A DNA stretch of 27,726 bases from Candidatus Bipolaricaulia bacterium. GTDB lineage: Bacteria; Bipolaricaulota; Bipolaricaulia; JBHIAT01. The notes beneath the pieces are model-generated. The model was not told the origin of the DNA and did not search any database. It saw only the letters and a program-made list of their open reading frames with translations. The DNA is taken from positions 1 to 27,726 of the forward strand of contig JBHIAT010000030.1 in the NCBI GenBank assembly GCA_046758705.1. The letters are read 5' to 3'. Positions 26,332 to 27,726 of the stretch are shown here, piece after piece (within the stretch, counting starts at the first letter, position 1; each line of letters opens with the position of its first letter). A program made the translations under genes and the position numbers.

Positions 26332-26880
26332 TTGCCCGAGCGCACCTGCGTCGGCTGTCGCAAGACGAAGGAGAAGGCCGAACTGATCCGGCTTGTCTGC
26401 CCTGAGGATCGGCCGATCGTCGATCTGGAGGCGAAGCTGCCGGGACGGGGCGCCTACGTTTGTCCCGAGCGATCGTGTGTCGAGCGCGGTGCGAATGTGA
26501 AGAGATTGAGCCGGGCGTTTCGCAAGCCTGTATCTATGCCGGGTGGCGCTTCCTCCCTACGGGAAGATATTCTCACGGCCCTCAAAAAGCGGATCCTCTC
26601 ACTCCTCGGCCGGGCCCGGCGGGCCGGAAAGGTGGTCTCTGGGTGGAACAACCTCAAAAGCCGACTGAACGAACTGCAGTTAATCCTGGTTGCGGAAGAC
26701 GCCTCCAACCACGTCTGGGAGCGATTCGGCCGCTTAGAAGATGCCTTCAGGCTCTTCACTAAACAAGAGCTCGGGGCAGCCATTGGGAAACCACCCCGCA
26801 GTGCCGTGGGTGTGACCGATTCGGGGTTGTCCGCCCGGATCGGGGAGGCGGCCCGCCGCTACGCCAGTGTAACCGGTTGA
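26332..26880 (+). CDS. YlxR (DUF448/RnpM)-L7Ae (YlxQ-like) fusion RNA-binding protein
   Basis: PERTCVGCR...LIRLV...GRGAYVC, then LSLLGRARRAGKVVSG...VAEDAS...ELGAAIGK. Confidence 0.88.
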   Translation: MPERTCVGCRKTKEKAELIRLVCPEDRPIVDLEAKLPGRGAYVCPERSCVERGANVKRLSRAFRKPVSMPGGASSLREDILTALKKRILSLLGRARRAGKVVSGWNNLKSRLNELQLILVAEDASNHVWERFGRLEDAFRLFTKQELGAAIGKPPRSAVGVTDSGLSARIGEAARRYASVTG

Positions 26881-26932
26881 TCGCTTGATGTACACCATGC
26901 TGGTTTATTGACAGCTTTTAACACGCTCAAAA

Positions 26933-27367
26933 TTTCTGGTCCTAAACCGTACGCGATTTGGGAACGCAGTCTTTGCTGTTGGAACAGATGAGCGTAGTGC
27001 GCTGTCTCGAGGGGTCTCTCCTCAGCGGGTCCGAATAGCGGCGTTTATCATCTGTGGTTTTCTAGCGGCGTTCGCTGGGATTAGCACGGTGTCTGATATG
27101 AATACGGGTTCAACGACGTTGGGTGAGCGCCTGGAACTTGAAAGCATAGCTGGATCTGTCATTGGTGGCACATCGCTTCTTGGTGGGGTCGGTTCGGTTT
27201 TTGGGGCGGTTTTGGGCGCACTTATGCTCTCCTTCATCAGGAGCGGGTTGATCTTGGCGGGTGCTCCGCCGTACTGGTTTGTAAGCTTTGTGGGGGTCGT
27301 CCTCATCGAGGCGGTCTTGTTCAATACGAAGGTGAGAGAACAATTGCTGCAGAGGATAGAGAGGTAA
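26933..27367 (+). pseudogene. 5'-truncated sugar ABC transporter permease (RbsC-like), C-terminal half
   Basis: In frame from 26933: FLVLNRTRFGNAVFAVG.DERSA..RGV...ELESIAGSVIGGTSLLGGVGSVFGAVLG; in-frame stop at 26909, no N-terminal half. Confidence 0.8.
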
Positions 27368-27377
27368 AGGTAAAGGA

Positions 27378-27726
27378 ATGAACAATAATCAAGAGCCATT
27401 GGTGAGGATGGTGGGCATAGAGAAAAAGTTTGGCTTTGTTCATGCCCTAAAAGGAGTGAACTTTAAGGCATATCCTGGTGAAGTCGTCGGTTTGGTCGGT
27501 GATAACGGTGCGGGCAAGTCCACCCTGATGAGAATTCTTACGGGGATATATCAACCCAATCAGGGAGATATATACTACCGCGGACAGAAAGTTTCCATTG
27601 AAACACCCAAAGATGCTAGAAATTTGGGCATTGAGGTGGTGCATCAGGGCTTCGGACTGTTAGACTCGATGTCGGTTGCAAGAAACATATTTCTAGGTGC
27701 AGAACCTGTTAAAAGAATTGGACCTC
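27378..27726 (+). CDS. Sugar ABC transporter ATP-binding protein (runs off window)
   Basis: MNNNQEPLVRMVGIEKKFGFVHALKGV...GLVGDNGAGKSTL Walker A...GIEVVHQ. Confidence 0.92.
   Translation, partial: MNNNQEPLVRMVGIEKKFGFVHALKGVNFKAYPGEVVGLVGDNGAGKSTLMRILTGIYQPNQGDIYYRGQKVSIETPKDARNLGIEVVHQGFGLLDSMSVARNIFLGAEPVKRIGP

Noticed and set aside
1-27726. CRISPR array, rRNA, intact transposase or integrase; many antisense ORFs in the track
   Set aside because: No repeat-spacer periodicity or such genes seen; antisense ORFs are shadows of GC-rich coding genes

Overview
Bacterial chromosomal window, mostly housekeeping genes in an unusually shuffled order. Left to right: an SDR, two hypotheticals, pspC-patatin behind a Crp/Fnr-type site, an amt-(unknown)-glnA operon with a perfect sigma70 promoter, tRNA-Leu-rapZ-gatA-(LysM/S9 peptidase), and a long minus-strand run moaB, tatA-sucC-(S55 peptidase)-mraY-(M50 protease)-aspS-(38-aa HEAT-like ORF)-(discoidin protein). 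A ~5.7-kb degraded island sits in tRNA-Ile(GAT), bounded by a 68-bp direct repeat. It carries an integrase-like stub, two TA modules (one with an interrupted vapC), a frameshifted cfa and two tandem secreted NTF2/SnoaL-like paralogs. The window ends with a YlxR-L7Ae fusion and a 5'-truncated sugar ABC transporter. Most notable: (1) the NTF2 paralogs have near-identical framework DNA but multi-nucleotide codon replacements at alternating, probably pocket-facing, positions; (2) mraY and moaB both appear to start at ATC behind strong SD sequences; (3) an unknown 180-aa protein occupies the usual GlnK slot; (4) the AspRS lacks the GAD insertion and is coupled to a single-HEAT-repeat microprotein. 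All calls come from reading motifs by eye; no database searches were run.
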